64,000 nucleotides of DNA from Candidatus Poribacteria bacterium (lineage in GTDB: Bacteria; Poribacteria; WGA-4E; WGA-3G). The position numbers were made by a program, and so were the translations under genes. The stretch covers positions 3,008,001 to 3,072,000 of the forward strand of contig CAXXLX010000001.1 of the NCBI GenBank assembly GCA_963665235.2, written 5' to 3'. Below the pieces are notes generated by a model. The model was not told the origin of the DNA and made no database searches. It saw nothing but the letters and a program-made list of their open reading frames with translations. Below are positions 8,737 to 18,408 of this stretch, in pieces (position 1 is the stretch's first letter; every line of letters begins with the position of its first letter).

Positions 8737-10779
8737 CTATTCAATCGACACCGTCGATGGTGGGACTTCTTTCAACCACGCGAGATTGAACCGATAATGT
8801 TGTCGGCTGCTGATTAGGTGAATTAATCCGTTTCTGCCTTGGCATACAGATAGATAGCCGCCGGGTTCAGCACTGTTCAATCCCATGGTAAAAGGTCTGC
8901 CATCCATCGTTTCAATGTCTCTATCGGGGCCGTCATCTGTAATCAATCGGGTGTGCGTCCAGGTTTCGCCATCATCGAATGAGAGTGCCCCGAAGAGCCC
9001 TGTTACGAGCCGTTCGTTTCCTGATTCGTCAAGGAGTGGCATTGTTTCAGGTATTTTGCGGCTGCCCGTAAAGGAGGCGAGAAAAATCGGCCCCTCCTTG
9101 AGTCTGAGCAAAACACACCGTTGTCCACCGGAAACAGGTGGGAAAGGACTTGCGCTGTAATGCCATGTCTTCCCATCATCGGCGGAGATGCTTTTCGGCA
9201 TCCGCCCATCAATTGTATCGCCGCGTCCATACGCCAGGAGCCTGCCATCAGTGAGTTCGACGACAGCCGCGTGAATTCCGGCAATCCATCCCCCGCTTTT
9301 TCCAGCAGCAAATTCAGGGATAGGTTGTCCTGCCCCGGGGTCGTACCAGGTTTCACCATCATCGTCGCTTAGCCACACAGCGGTACCGCCATTTCCGCCG
9401 CTCACTGCGTCACAAGCGAGCAGTATTGAACCGTCTTGTCTTCGGAAAACCGATGCAATCGGCATGTGTCGCAGGCGGTGTTCGGGTGAGATAAAGCGCG
9501 GTTTTGACCAAGTTGCCCCATTGTCATCAGAATATCGCATCACCAGGGCGAGGGGCCCCCAGGTCGCTGCAGCGGACAATCCGTTGAAGTGATAGAGCCG
9601 TCCCTTTTCGTTGCACCACAGCGAGGTTGCGTGATTATTCCTGTCAGGTGGTCCCCAAAACGGTTCGGCGGGCTCCCATGCGTTTTCGCCATATCGCAAT
9701 CGACTCGCGGCAACCGTCAGCTCCCGTCCCCGTTCTGTCACGCACGAGTACCATGCTGTGAACATATCACCGTTCGGGCATTCCGCAATCGCGGGTACGT
9801 GATTATGTGCTGAAAAAAGCGGCCCGTTTGAACCCTCCGGAATTTTTATGTATGTGAGCGGCTCCGCAAAGTAAGGGGTAGTGGTAGGCACACGCGCTTG
9901 CGTCTCCACATCTGTATCGCGTTCTGTCTGTTTGACGTTGCGTCCCCACAACGGCACCTTTGGAGCCGGCAGTTCCGTAGCTGTTTCAGGTATCGCCCCA
10001 CACACGACTCGGAAACCGATGTACCAGTGTTTATCTTCTGGCACCGCGCCCATCCGATTCGCGGAGCGTAAATAGCAGAGCAGCGTTGAATGGCTACCCC
10101 CCCGCGTCACTCGGTACAACCCATCTTCCCTCCCAATCGGGTCAACTTGTGGATGCGGTTCGTACTCTCCGTACCAATCGTGGCACCATTCCTCCACGTT
10201 TCCGTGCATATCGTATACGTTCCAGGCATTCGGCGTAGTTTTGCCGACGTGCAGTGCCACAATTTCCTCGGTGCCGCGGCTTCGGCCGGCATCCGGATAC
10301 CAACTTTCTCCAATGTTTTTGTGGAATTCAGGAGGCAAGACATCGCCTGTATGAAAATGGGTTGTTGTTCCTGCCCGGCACACATATTCCCATTCCGCTT
10401 CTGTAGGGAGTCGATATGGCATGCCTTCCTGCTCGGAGAGCCAGTCGCAAAAGCGTGTTGCATCGTGCCAACTCACAAACACGACCGCTTCGTCATCTTC
10501 CTGCGAAAAACCTAATTTTCCCCGGAGTTTGCTATGTGCAGGCTCAAATTTTTCGTACTGAACATTCGTCACCTGAAAACTGCTGATATAAAAGGGTGTG
10601 CTGAGCGTCACTTGATGTACCGGCTGTTCATCCCAATCGCCGTCGCGTAGGTGTGCCTTCCCAGCTGTTAGCTCATCAGCAAGGTTCGCGCGTTCCGAAC
10701 CCATCATAAAAGTGCCGGGTTCAATTCTAACGAACTGCATACCTATTGCGTTCGTATAAGTCTGTCCTTGAATTTTCAC
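8737..10779 (-). CDS. SUMF1/FGE-sulfatase domain fused to a BNR/sialidase-like beta-propeller
   Basis: N half: FMMGS, RLPTEAEWEY, YDMHGNVEEW, RGGS, IGFRV. C half: Asp-boxes SDDNGATW, SDDDGETW, SADDGKTW, SFDDGETW. Confidence 0.88.
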   Translation of the reverse strand: MKIQGQTYTNAIGMQFVRIEPGTFMMGSERANLADELTAGKAHLRDGDWDEQPVHQVTLSTPFYISSFQVTNVQYEKFEPAHSKLRGKLGFSQEDDEAVVFVSWHDATRFCDWLSEQEGMPYRLPTEAEWEYVCRAGTTTHFHTGDVLPPEFHKNIGESWYPDAGRSRGTEEIVALHVGKTTPNAWNVYDMHGNVEEWCHDWYGEYEPHPQVDPIGREDGLYRVTRGGSHSTLLCYLRSANRMGAVPEDKHWYIGFRVVCGAIPETATELPAPKVPLWGRNVKQTERDTDVETQARVPTTTPYFAEPLTYIKIPEGSNGPLFSAHNHVPAIAECPNGDMFTAWYSCVTERGRELTVAASRLRYGENAWEPAEPFWGPPDRNNHATSLWCNEKGRLYHFNGLSAAATWGPLALVMRYSDDNGATWSKPRFISPEHRLRHMPIASVFRRQDGSILLACDAVSGGNGGTAVWLSDDDGETWYDPGAGQPIPEFAAGKSGGWIAGIHAAVVELTDGRLLAYGRGDTIDGRMPKSISADDGKTWHYSASPFPPVSGGQRCVLLRLKEGPIFLASFTGSRKIPETMPLLDESGNERLVTGLFGALSFDDGETWTHTRLITDDGPDRDIETMDGRPFTMGLNSAEPGGYLSVCQGRNGLIHLISSRQHYRFNLAWLKEVPPSTVSIE

Positions 10780-10821
10780 GTGTTGCCTACTTTTCTGGTC
10801 TCAGATGCTATAATTATCACT

Positions 10822-10850
10822 ATTATAGCAAATTTTGTGGAAATAGACAA
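10822..10850 (-). promoter_or_regulatory. Sigma70-like promoter for the FGE-sialidase gene
   Basis: Minus strand TTGTCT-17 nt-TATAAT. Confidence 0.55.
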
Positions 10851-10875
10851 ATTTAATTTAAATATGCAAAATATC

Positions 10876-10904
10876 TTGAAAATTATTGCTGAGCATGGTA
10901 TACT
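10876..10904 (+). promoter_or_regulatory. Sigma70-like promoter, divergent from the previous one
   Basis: TTGAAA-17 nt-TATACT with an extended -10 TG. Confidence 0.55.
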
Positions 10905-10967
10905 TTAAAATAGGTCTTACGCAATTATGGAAATTGTGTTATAATCTGGACTGACATAGATGTTGAG

Positions 10968-11246
10968 TTGCGTAATAATTTGATTGTGGAACAGTGGGTA
11001 TTGAGCGGTCGTGAAGAGGGTCGGCAAGAAGGTCGGCATTTGGGTGGAAAAGCGTTCGCCATTGAGCATATATTGGAAGTTCTCAATGAGCGTTTCCAGG
11101 TGAATGTTGTAGCGATGTTAACCCCCGCGCTTGAAGCGATTGACGATTTAGACGTTTTCAAGGGGCTACTTCGATCGGCCTCGGCGGCGGAACACTTAGA
11201 GGATTTTGTCCGCACATTAGAAAACTGCGTCAACGGAACGCAGTAG
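10968..11246 (+). CDS. Small protein resembling the C-terminal part of Rpn/YhgA-like (DUF4351-like) proteins
   Basis: GREEGRQEGR repeat followed by ILEVLNERF...LEAIDDLDVFKGLLRSA. TTG start is uncertain. Confidence 0.55.
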   Translation: MRNNLIVEQWVLSGREEGRQEGRHLGGKAFAIEHILEVLNERFQVNVVAMLTPALEAIDDLDVFKGLLRSASAAEHLEDFVRTLENCVNGTQ

Positions 11247-11325
11247 GTATTGTGCAAATATAGCAACCGAGTAACGTGTGGTGCACAAACACCAAAACCT
11301 AATAGAATCGATATAGGAGAATATT

Positions 11326-12087
11326 TTGAAAAACGTGTCTATTTACCATTTGGCCGTGTCCATTTTCTTATTCACGGCTATTTTTATCACCGGAATTTGT
11401 TTTGCTAACGACCTTGTCCTGCACCTCTCGCTTGACGAGTTAAACGGAGACGTAGCAAAAGACTGGTCGGAATTCGGAAATGATGCCACCTTTAGCGGCA
11501 ATCCCAAATTAATCGATGGCAAATTTGGGAAAGCGGTCGACTTTGATGGAAAAACCTCGGCACAAGTTGCCGACCACGCAAGCATCGATATTGTTGACGG
11601 CGTTACGATTGAATTCTGGGCAAATGTCCGCGCAGGCGGCGATGTTCAGACAGGTGTCGAAAAAGGGCCAACCTGGGGCGCAGGTTTATATACCCTCGCA
11701 GCCTTTTACCGAGGGGGCTCAATCCTACAATTCTTTGATTTACCCGATAATTGTGACGACGAAAATGTAGGGGCCAGCATTCAGGATGGCACATGGCACT
11801 TCCTCGCTGGCACATGGGATGGCAAAACTATCAGACTTTACATCGATGGTGAGCTCAACGCGCAAATGGCCTGTGCGGGGAAACTCACACCCAATAATGG
11901 CCCGCTATTTATCGGAGCACGCGGCGGAACGGAACGTTTTCTCAACGGTGCCCTTGATGAAATCAAAATGTACAACTATGCCCTGACACAGGATGAGTTG
12001 AAAAACGATATGGAAAATCCACTCCCCCTGAATGTTCAACCCGAGGCGAAATTAGCAACGACATGGGCGCGTCTCAAAGCGCAATAA
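11326..12087 (+). CDS. Secreted LamG (concanavalin A-like) domain protein with the C-terminal KLATTW tail
   Basis: Signal peptide, GKFGKAVDFDG, WHFLAGTWDGKTIRLYIDG, GALDEIKMYNYALT; ends VQPEAKLATTWARLKAQ. Confidence 0.88.
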   Translation: MKNVSIYHLAVSIFLFTAIFITGICFANDLVLHLSLDELNGDVAKDWSEFGNDATFSGNPKLIDGKFGKAVDFDGKTSAQVADHASIDIVDGVTIEFWANVRAGGDVQTGVEKGPTWGAGLYTLAAFYRGGSILQFFDLPDNCDDENVGASIQDGTWHFLAGTWDGKTIRLYIDGELNAQMACAGKLTPNNGPLFIGARGGTERFLNGALDEIKMYNYALTQDELKNDMENPLPLNVQPEAKLATTWARLKAQ

Positions 12088-12109
12088 CTGACTTAGCGGA
12101 GGAATATTG

Positions 12110-12400
12110 GTAAAGATCACCCTGCTAAAGCATGGGTGCTTTGACATAGCAGTATTCGGGCAAACAGCCCGCTCCTACGCCACACGTTCCCTGTCAAAGA
12201 TTAAGTTCTTCACTACAGTCATATATCGGTATATCTGTGGTGGTGCACAACGGTGTTTCGGATGCTCCCCAAGTCCGATGTAAACGCTGATATACCGATC
12301 TGGATGGGGAAATATACAACCTCTCGGAAGGAAAACAAATGACCGCAGGTCATCAGTTTTTCCTCTAGGTCATCCGTTTTACTTCCGTAGGGAGATTACA
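12110..12400 (+). ncRNA. omegaRNA (HEARO-like) scaffold of the IsrB element
   Basis: ~290 nt upstream of the ORF with stems ctttgaca/tgtcaaag and atcggtatatc/gatataccgat, and tcgga/tccga whose loop tcccca can pair with tgggga (pseudoknot). Confidence 0.75.
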
Positions 12401-12404
12401 AACT

Positions 12405-13454
12405 ATGTTTGTTCCGGTTCAAAGTCCGTCTGGCAAGCCATTAATGCCGACACATTCTAACAAAGCAGGCATGCTAATCAAAAAAGGATTGGCAACGCCA
12501 TATTGGAGTAATGGTATCTTTTGTATTCGGTTAAACTACGAGACAAAAGAACACACACAGGAAATCTGTGTGGGCGTGGATCCTGGTTCCAAGAAAGAAG
12601 GCTTCACGGTGAAGTCTGCGGCTCACACATATCTGAATGTGCAAGCGGATGCACATAACAAGGTTGGGAAGAAAATCGAAAAGCGGCGGACGCTGCGGAG
12701 AGGCAGACGCACACGGAAATGTCCGAATAGGAAAAAGAAGCAGCACAACCTGTCGAACCGGAAGCGTATCCCCGCAGGCACACGTGCAAGATGGGATTGG
12801 AAACTTCGCATATTAGATTGGTTGTCTAACCTCTATCCTGTCACACACGTCTGTGTTGAGGATATTAAGGCGCGGACAAAACAGTATCAAAAGCAGTGGA
12901 ATCAGGCCTTTAGTCCTTTGGAAGTCGGAAAGCATTGGTTCTATTCAGAGGTAGAAAAGCGATGGAAACTCCTGACTTTACAAGGGTTTGAAACCAAAGA
13001 GATACGCGATCGTCTCGGTCTCAAGAAGTCGTCAAAGAAGTTAGCAGAAACCTTTGATGCACATTGCGTTGATAGTTGGTGCTTGGCATATCACACCGTT
13101 GGCGGTTTAGAGATACCCGACAATACCGATATATTCTGTATCTCACCGATACCGATACGTAGGCGAGAACTCCACAGACAAAACCCGCAGAAAGGTGGCA
13201 ATCGTCCGCGATATGGTGGCACCTTATTAGGGGATGGACTTGTTAAAAACACATTGATAAAGCACGACAAATATGGACTAACACGTCCGAGGTCCCACCG
13301 AGGACATCCTATTGCGGGTGTTAATGCGAAAGGCCTATTCTCTGTCTATTCAAAAGATGGACACCGATTAACAACGGGTGCGAAACGCACAGATTTTCAA
13401 GTCCTCACACGCCTGAACTTTCAATATAGGAGCGGTGTGAGGGAAAAAGAATGA
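12405..13454 (+). CDS. isrB: IsrB RNA-guided nickase (RRXRR/PLMP domain, split RuvC, no HNH)
   Basis: PLMP motif (GKPLMPT), RuvC-I VGVDPGSK, Arg-rich bridge helix RRTLRRGRRTRK, RuvC-II VCVEDI, RuvC-III HCVDSW. 349 aa with no HNH insert. Confidence 0.85.
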   Translation: MFVPVQSPSGKPLMPTHSNKAGMLIKKGLATPYWSNGIFCIRLNYETKEHTQEICVGVDPGSKKEGFTVKSAAHTYLNVQADAHNKVGKKIEKRRTLRRGRRTRKCPNRKKKQHNLSNRKRIPAGTRARWDWKLRILDWLSNLYPVTHVCVEDIKARTKQYQKQWNQAFSPLEVGKHWFYSEVEKRWKLLTLQGFETKEIRDRLGLKKSSKKLAETFDAHCVDSWCLAYHTVGGLEIPDNTDIFCISPIPIRRRELHRQNPQKGGNRPRYGGTLLGDGLVKNTLIKHDKYGLTRPRSHRGHPIAGVNAKGLFSVYSKDGHRLTTGAKRTDFQVLTRLNFQYRSGVREKE

Positions 13455-13517
13455 ACTTCGTTCATTTGTTTCCCCTCCCCGTGCTAAAGCAACGGGGTCT
13501 CCACACCGAAGATTTTG

Positions 13518-14099
13518 ATGAAAATAGTAGTTTATCTATTACCGCTAATAATTATCCTACCAACCCTAATTAGCTGTGCCATGCGCGCCAATGAACCGAT
13601 TGGGACGGAGGAGATTGAACCCGAAGAACAGGTGGCAGTCGTCACAACCGATAAAGGTACATTCGTTGTTGAGTTTTATCCTGATTCTGCCCCTGTGGCA
13701 GTTGAAAACTTCAAAAAACTCATTAACCAGAAGTTTTACGACGGCTTAACATTTCACCGAAAAGTTGACGAGCCCGGTTTGAATGTCGTTCAAGGCGGAT
13801 GTCCGGATGGTGATGGAATGGGCGGCCCCGGGTGGACAATCATCGACGAGTACACCAATTCCAACCAGCGGCCCCATGTGAGAGGTACAGTCGCTATGGC
13901 ACGGACAGGCGCACCAAACTCATCCGGGTCACAATTCTATGTCTGTTTGAAACCGCAACCCCATCTCGATGGACAATACACCACCTTTGGTGGCGTAATT
14001 CAGGGCATGGAGGTCGTCGACCGGCTATCAGTAGGCGATATCATGACAAAAATCCGACTGGAGGCGAAATCAAACTATGTTAAGCCAACAGCAGAGTAA
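13518..14099 (+). CDS. Cyclophilin-type peptidyl-prolyl cis-trans isomerase, probable lipoprotein
   Basis: FYDGLTFHR, VQGGCP, GTVAMAR, SSGSQFY, HLDGQYTTFG; lipobox LISC. Confidence 0.92.
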   Translation: MKIVVYLLPLIIILPTLISCAMRANEPIGTEEIEPEEQVAVVTTDKGTFVVEFYPDSAPVAVENFKKLINQKFYDGLTFHRKVDEPGLNVVQGGCPDGDGMGGPGWTIIDEYTNSNQRPHVRGTVAMARTGAPNSSGSQFYVCLKPQPHLDGQYTTFGGVIQGMEVVDRLSVGDIMTKIRLEAKSNYVKPTAE

Positions 14100-14664
14100 T
14101 CTCATATCCACCGCACTTCTGATTTTAGCCGGTTTGTTTGTCATTCTCCTCTCAGGTTGCACCCAACAAGAAGAGACAAAAGCACCGGCACCTCGTGCAC
14201 GACCAACTGGCAAAGGTGAAGTGCAAACGCAAGCGAAACAGGAGATTGACCCGGCTACCGTAGTGGCTGTTATTGAAACGGAAAAAGGCAACATGGAATT
14301 CGAATTTTTCGCAGCGGATGCACCGCAAACCTCGAAAAACTTCATCAAAAACGCGAAACTCGGGTATTATAAAGATGAACCCTTCAAACGTGTCGAGGAG
14401 CTTCTGATTCAGGCGGAGTCACGTTTTGTCGATGACACTATGCCTATTGAGCAAAACGACAAAACACCGAAAAGAGGTATTGTGGCAATGGCAAAGGAGG
14501 AGGGTGCCACCGTCTCACATGCCGCTGCCTTCTTTATCTGTAAAGATACCCTCGTTTTGGATAGTGACTATACCATTTTTGGGAATCTTATCAGCGGGTT
14601 CGATGTTCTTGATAGTATTGAACGCAACGACAGAATTATCAACATCACCATTCGCGACAAGTAA
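14077..14664 (+). CDS. Divergent cyclophilin-like lipoprotein
   Basis: Lipobox LSGC, IETEKG, APQTSKNF, RGIVAMA, YTIFG; several conserved cyclophilin residues are altered. Confidence 0.8.
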   Translation: MLSQQQSNLISTALLILAGLFVILLSGCTQQEETKAPAPRARPTGKGEVQTQAKQEIDPATVVAVIETEKGNMEFEFFAADAPQTSKNFIKNAKLGYYKDEPFKRVEELLIQAESRFVDDTMPIEQNDKTPKRGIVAMAKEEGATVSHAAAFFICKDTLVLDSDYTIFGNLISGFDVLDSIERNDRIINITIRDK

Positions 14665-14723
14665 TAAGAGATAGGGCGGCCCCGCCGGGACCGCCCATTC
14701 ACTCACACCGAAAGGAGAAATGA

Positions 14724-15101
14724 ATGGCACTAACAGTTATCCGAACAGCCCGTCCCAGTCCAGTCTGGCAAGAAAGCTACGTGCGCGTAAAAAAGGGACA
14801 ACGGCTCGTCATTGATGCAGACGGCGCGTGGTCCCCTGACCTGCAAAACCGAATTGGATGGTGCGGGGCTGATGGAGTCGCAAAAACCCCAGGCGGTGAC
14901 AGCTATCTACTGCCGGGCACAAACATCGGCGCCCTTATCGCTAAAATTGGCAATGTCGTTTTCGCACCAGGCTCACGATACGATAACCCCGCACCCGCAG
15001 ACGGTGTTATCTTTCTCGCTATGAACGAAAACCCTAATAACAACAATCAAGCTGGAAGCCTCCTCGTACAAATTATTGTCCTCGACGACGAAGACCAATA
15101 G
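14724..15101 (+). CDS. Small PA-IL/LecA-like (galactose-binding fold) protein
   Basis: RBS aaggag; WQ...KGQRLVIDADGAWS...GALIAKIG...IFLAMNE pattern typical of PA-IL-like domains. Confidence 0.6.
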   Translation: MALTVIRTARPSPVWQESYVRVKKGQRLVIDADGAWSPDLQNRIGWCGADGVAKTPGGDSYLLPGTNIGALIAKIGNVVFAPGSRYDNPAPADGVIFLAMNENPNNNNQAGSLLVQIIVLDDEDQ

Positions 15102-15135
15102 GTTTGAACACACGTTTCAAGACAGGAGAAACGAA

Positions 15136-15588
15136 ATGGAAGAGACCGCAACTCATGAAGAGAGCCAACACCCCGCTGTTAGTTTTACATCCTATCTTCA
15201 AGAGCTTGTCACAACCGCTTTTCTCTCTCTAGAGGGATACCGCGACCCAGAAACAGAGCGGGTTGTCGTCAACCTCGGAATAGCAAAACATGTGATTGAT
15301 ACCTTAGAGATGCTGGAAGAAAAAACCAAGGGAAATCTCACAGCACCGGAAACCAATTTCTTGGCAAATTCCCTGTACGATTTGAGAATGGGATATGTTC
15401 GCGTGGTCAATAGGCATCAGGAAGCAGCCCAAGAGGAAACGACCTCAACTGAAACGCAAGCGGAGACCGAAACGCAGGACACCGCCGCAACCGATACGCA
15501 AGAGGCAACACCCGAGCACGACACCGCCTCAACTGAACCTGACGAAACGGACATCGGTACAAACACGGCAGAAAATAGCGATACGTAG
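15136..15588 (+). CDS. DUF1844 family protein with an acidic, T/E-rich tail
   Basis: NLGIAKHVIDTLEMLEEKTKGNLT...LYDLRMGYV; RBS aggag. Confidence 0.8.
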   Translation: MEETATHEESQHPAVSFTSYLQELVTTAFLSLEGYRDPETERVVVNLGIAKHVIDTLEMLEEKTKGNLTAPETNFLANSLYDLRMGYVRVVNRHQEAAQEETTSTETQAETETQDTAATDTQEATPEHDTASTEPDETDIGTNTAENSDT

Positions 15589-15666
15589 CCTTGAGAATCA
15601 AGCGAAACTCTAATTAATTTCTTTGGAGGGCATTCTCTAACAGAGACAATATCGTAACGGAGAATA

Positions 15667-16686
15667 ATGAACTATCAACGCAGAGTCATTATCGCGTTCT
15701 CACTATTGATGGGACTTCTAACCATCGGAACCATCGGGTATTACATACTAGAAAAAAACAATCCGAACGCAGAATGGGACCTATTTCAGGCAATCTGGAT
15801 GACCGTAACTACGTTAACAACGGTCGGATATGGCGATGGGGGAATGGGTATTACCGGCCGTGCCTTTACCATTTTCCTTCTCATCGGCGGTTTCGGACTG
15901 TTTTTCTATAGCGTTACTATTGCAACCTCCTTCCTCGTTGAAGGGCAATTGCTCATCTTTTTCAAACAGAGAAAAATGATACGAACTGTTGAGAAAATAT
16001 CAAACCATTATATAATCTGTGGACTCGGAGATACAGGCGTGCATGTCCTCGATGAAATGTTGGAAACTGAGGCGAATTTTGTCGGAATTGAAATCGAAGA
16101 AGAGCGTCTGGAGCATCTGACTGAAACCCGTGAATTTCTACATCTACATGGGGACGCTACCGATGACGATGTGCTCCTCCGGGCAGGTATTGTGCGAGCC
16201 CAGGGGCTGGTCGCCTGTCTCAGCCGCGATCAGGATAATCTGTTCGTCGTGATTTCAGCAAAAAAACTCAACCCGAATTTACGGGTCGTCTCTAAAGCAG
16301 TGGAACATAATTCACCCGGAAAACTTGTTACCGCCGGCGCGGATGAAGTCGTTTTGCCGGACCATATCGGCGGCATCCGACTTGCATCGGGAATACTCCA
16401 ACCGCATCTCATCGATTTCTTTACGAAAATACGGGGAGGTCAGCAGTCAACCCGGTTCTCCGAAGCCATCATCCAACCGGGGTCTCCACTAGATGGGATA
16501 TCCCTACAGGAAGCGCATATTCAAGAACAGACCGGATTAGTTGTTATCGCAATCCGAAATAAGGATGGAACGTTTAGCTATAATCCGCACGATGATAAAA
16601 GAATCGCAGCCGGGGATGCGATTTTCATAATCGCTGACCGGCTGCAGCTGCAAACGTTACATAAGCTCACCGGGGACCCATTTTGA
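15667..16686 (+). CDS. Potassium channel with RCK (TrkA-N/TrkA-C) domains
   Basis: Selectivity filter TTVGYGD, two TM helices, IICGLGDTG RCK-N and a TrkA-C domain. Confidence 0.92.
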   Translation: MNYQRRVIIAFSLLMGLLTIGTIGYYILEKNNPNAEWDLFQAIWMTVTTLTTVGYGDGGMGITGRAFTIFLLIGGFGLFFYSVTIATSFLVEGQLLIFFKQRKMIRTVEKISNHYIICGLGDTGVHVLDEMLETEANFVGIEIEEERLEHLTETREFLHLHGDATDDDVLLRAGIVRAQGLVACLSRDQDNLFVVISAKKLNPNLRVVSKAVEHNSPGKLVTAGADEVVLPDHIGGIRLASGILQPHLIDFFTKIRGGQQSTRFSEAIIQPGSPLDGISLQEAHIQEQTGLVVIAIRNKDGTFSYNPHDDKRIAAGDAIFIIADRLQLQTLHKLTGDPF

Positions 16687-16819
16687 GGTCAAATAATTGG
16701 AACCCCTCCCAAAAACGGGGTTGTTTTCTGTTTTAACCCATGCTATAATAAATCACCGTTTTCAGGAACAAAAGTGGACCGCTAGGTAAATTTGAGAGGT
16801 TTTGAAAGGAAATACTTGT

Positions 16820-18358
16820 ATGCTTGCAACAGTCATTAGCAGTGCAGTTCTAGGCATTGATGCCTATATTGTCACAGTTGAGGTGGATGTCGCGGATGGC
16901 CTCCCCGGGTTCAGCACTGTCGGTTTGCCAGACAGTGCTATTAAAGAGAGTAAAGACCGGGTTACCGCTGCGATTAAGAACTCCGGGTTCTACTTTCCCC
17001 CGGACAGAATCACCGCCAACCTGGCACCTGCGGATATCCGTAAAGCGGGGTCTGCATTTGACCTTCCGATTGCCCTCGGGGTTATGGCCGCAACAAATCA
17101 GGTAGCTAGCAATCGGCTTGAAGACACAATGGTATTGGGTGAACTTGCGCTTGATGGAAGCATTCGGAGTATACAGGGGGGCCTACCAATAGCTATTGCT
17201 GCAAAAGAGCACGGTTTGAAGGCTCTCATTTTGCCCGCTCAAAATGCGAAGGAAGCCGCAATTGTTGAAGGCGTGGAAGTTTATCCCGTAACTAGCTTAA
17301 CGGAAGCCACCGAATTTCTGAACGCTGCGAGAGAGATTGAACCTGAACCCCACACGCTCGATGCCACGGAAGAAAACCCGCTAACCGAAACATATCTCGA
17401 TTTCATTGACGTTAAGGGACAGGAACATGTGAAGCGCGCCGTTGAGGTCGCCGCCGCAGGCGGACATAATCTCATCATGATTGGACCGCCCGGCTCCGGT
17501 AAAACGATGATTGCCAAACGGATTCCTTCAATCCTCCCCAAGTTGTCTGTGGACGAATCTTTGGAAACCACGAAAATACAGAGCATCGTCGGTATTTTAC
17601 CGAGCGACACGCCTTTAGTTCTGACGCGGCCGTTTCGCTCACCGCACCACACAATTTCAGACGCAGGACTCATCGGCGGCGGAAACGTACCGCGCCCCGG
17701 CGAAGTCAGTCTCTCCCACAACGGCGTCCTCTTCCTAGATGAACTCCCCGAATTTCGCAGGAACGTACTCGAAGTCATGCGGCAACCCCTTGAAGATGGA
17801 CACGTCACAATCTCGCGCGCTGCTGCATCGCTCACCTATCCCGCGAATTTTATGTTAGTCGCAGCGATGAACCCGTGTCCCTGTGGATTTTTCAGCGACC
17901 CGACCCGAAACTGCAAGTGCTCCCCTAATCAGATTCAGACCTACGTCTCTCGTATTTCTGGACCCCTGTTAGATAGGATTGATATTCAGGTAGAGGTGCC
18001 AGCGGTAAAATATGATGAACTTTCAGCGGACGTAACAGGTGAACCGTCAAAAACCGTGCGGGAACGGGTCGAAGCAGCGCGTCAAGTTCAGCAGCGACGT
18101 TTCCACGGCACCACAATCCATGCGAATGCCAACATGGAATCCAAGCAGATTCGGACGTATTGCAAAATTGAAGCTGAAGCACAAGATTTACTCCGCATCG
18201 CCATCACGCAATTGGGCTTAAGTGCTCGCGCCTATGACCGAATCCTAAAGTTGTCACGCACCATCGCAGACCTAGAAGCTAAACCCGATATAACAGCACC
18301 CCACGTCTCTGAAGCTATACAATATCGGAGCTTAGACCGGAGTTTTTGGAAAAAATAG
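16820..18358 (+). CDS. comM: YifB/ComM family Mg-chelatase-like AAA+ ATPase
   Basis: [66 protein letters not shown]. Confidence 0.92.
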   Translation: MLATVISSAVLGIDAYIVTVEVDVADGLPGFSTVGLPDSAIKESKDRVTAAIKNSGFYFPPDRITANLAPADIRKAGSAFDLPIALGVMAATNQVASNRLEDTMVLGELALDGSIRSIQGGLPIAIAAKEHGLKALILPAQNAKEAAIVEGVEVYPVTSLTEATEFLNAAREIEPEPHTLDATEENPLTETYLDFIDVKGQEHVKRAVEVAAAGGHNLIMIGPPGSGKTMIAKRIPSILPKLSVDESLETTKIQSIVGILPSDTPLVLTRPFRSPHHTISDAGLIGGGNVPRPGEVSLSHNGVLFLDELPEFRRNVLEVMRQPLEDGHVTISRAAASLTYPANFMLVAAMNPCPCGFFSDPTRNCKCSPNQIQTYVSRISGPLLDRIDIQVEVPAVKYDELSADVTGEPSKTVRERVEAARQVQQRRFHGTTIHANANMESKQIRTYCKIEAEAQDLLRIAITQLGLSARAYDRILKLSRTIADLEAKPDITAPHVSEAIQYRSLDRSFWKK

Positions 18359-18408
18359 CAGCGATAATAATGTTAAGACTCGCGAAGGTATAAGGACGAG
18401 GAGAAAAA

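Larger units (their letters stand above)
12110..13517 (+). mobile_element. IS200/IS605-superfamily OMEGA element carrying isrB and an omegaRNA (no tnpA, so non-autonomous)
   Basis: Matching end hairpins caccc-tgctaaagca-tgggtg (12118-12138) and ccccg-tgctaaagca-acgggg (13477-13497) flank the ncRNA region and an RRXRR ORF. Flanks rejoin as ggaggaatattg|ATGAAA. Confidence 0.85.

Noticed and set aside
12405-13454. IscB, Cas9 or TnpB call
   Set aside because: The PLMP N-terminus excludes TnpB; the absence of an HNH insert and the ~350-aa length fit IsrB.
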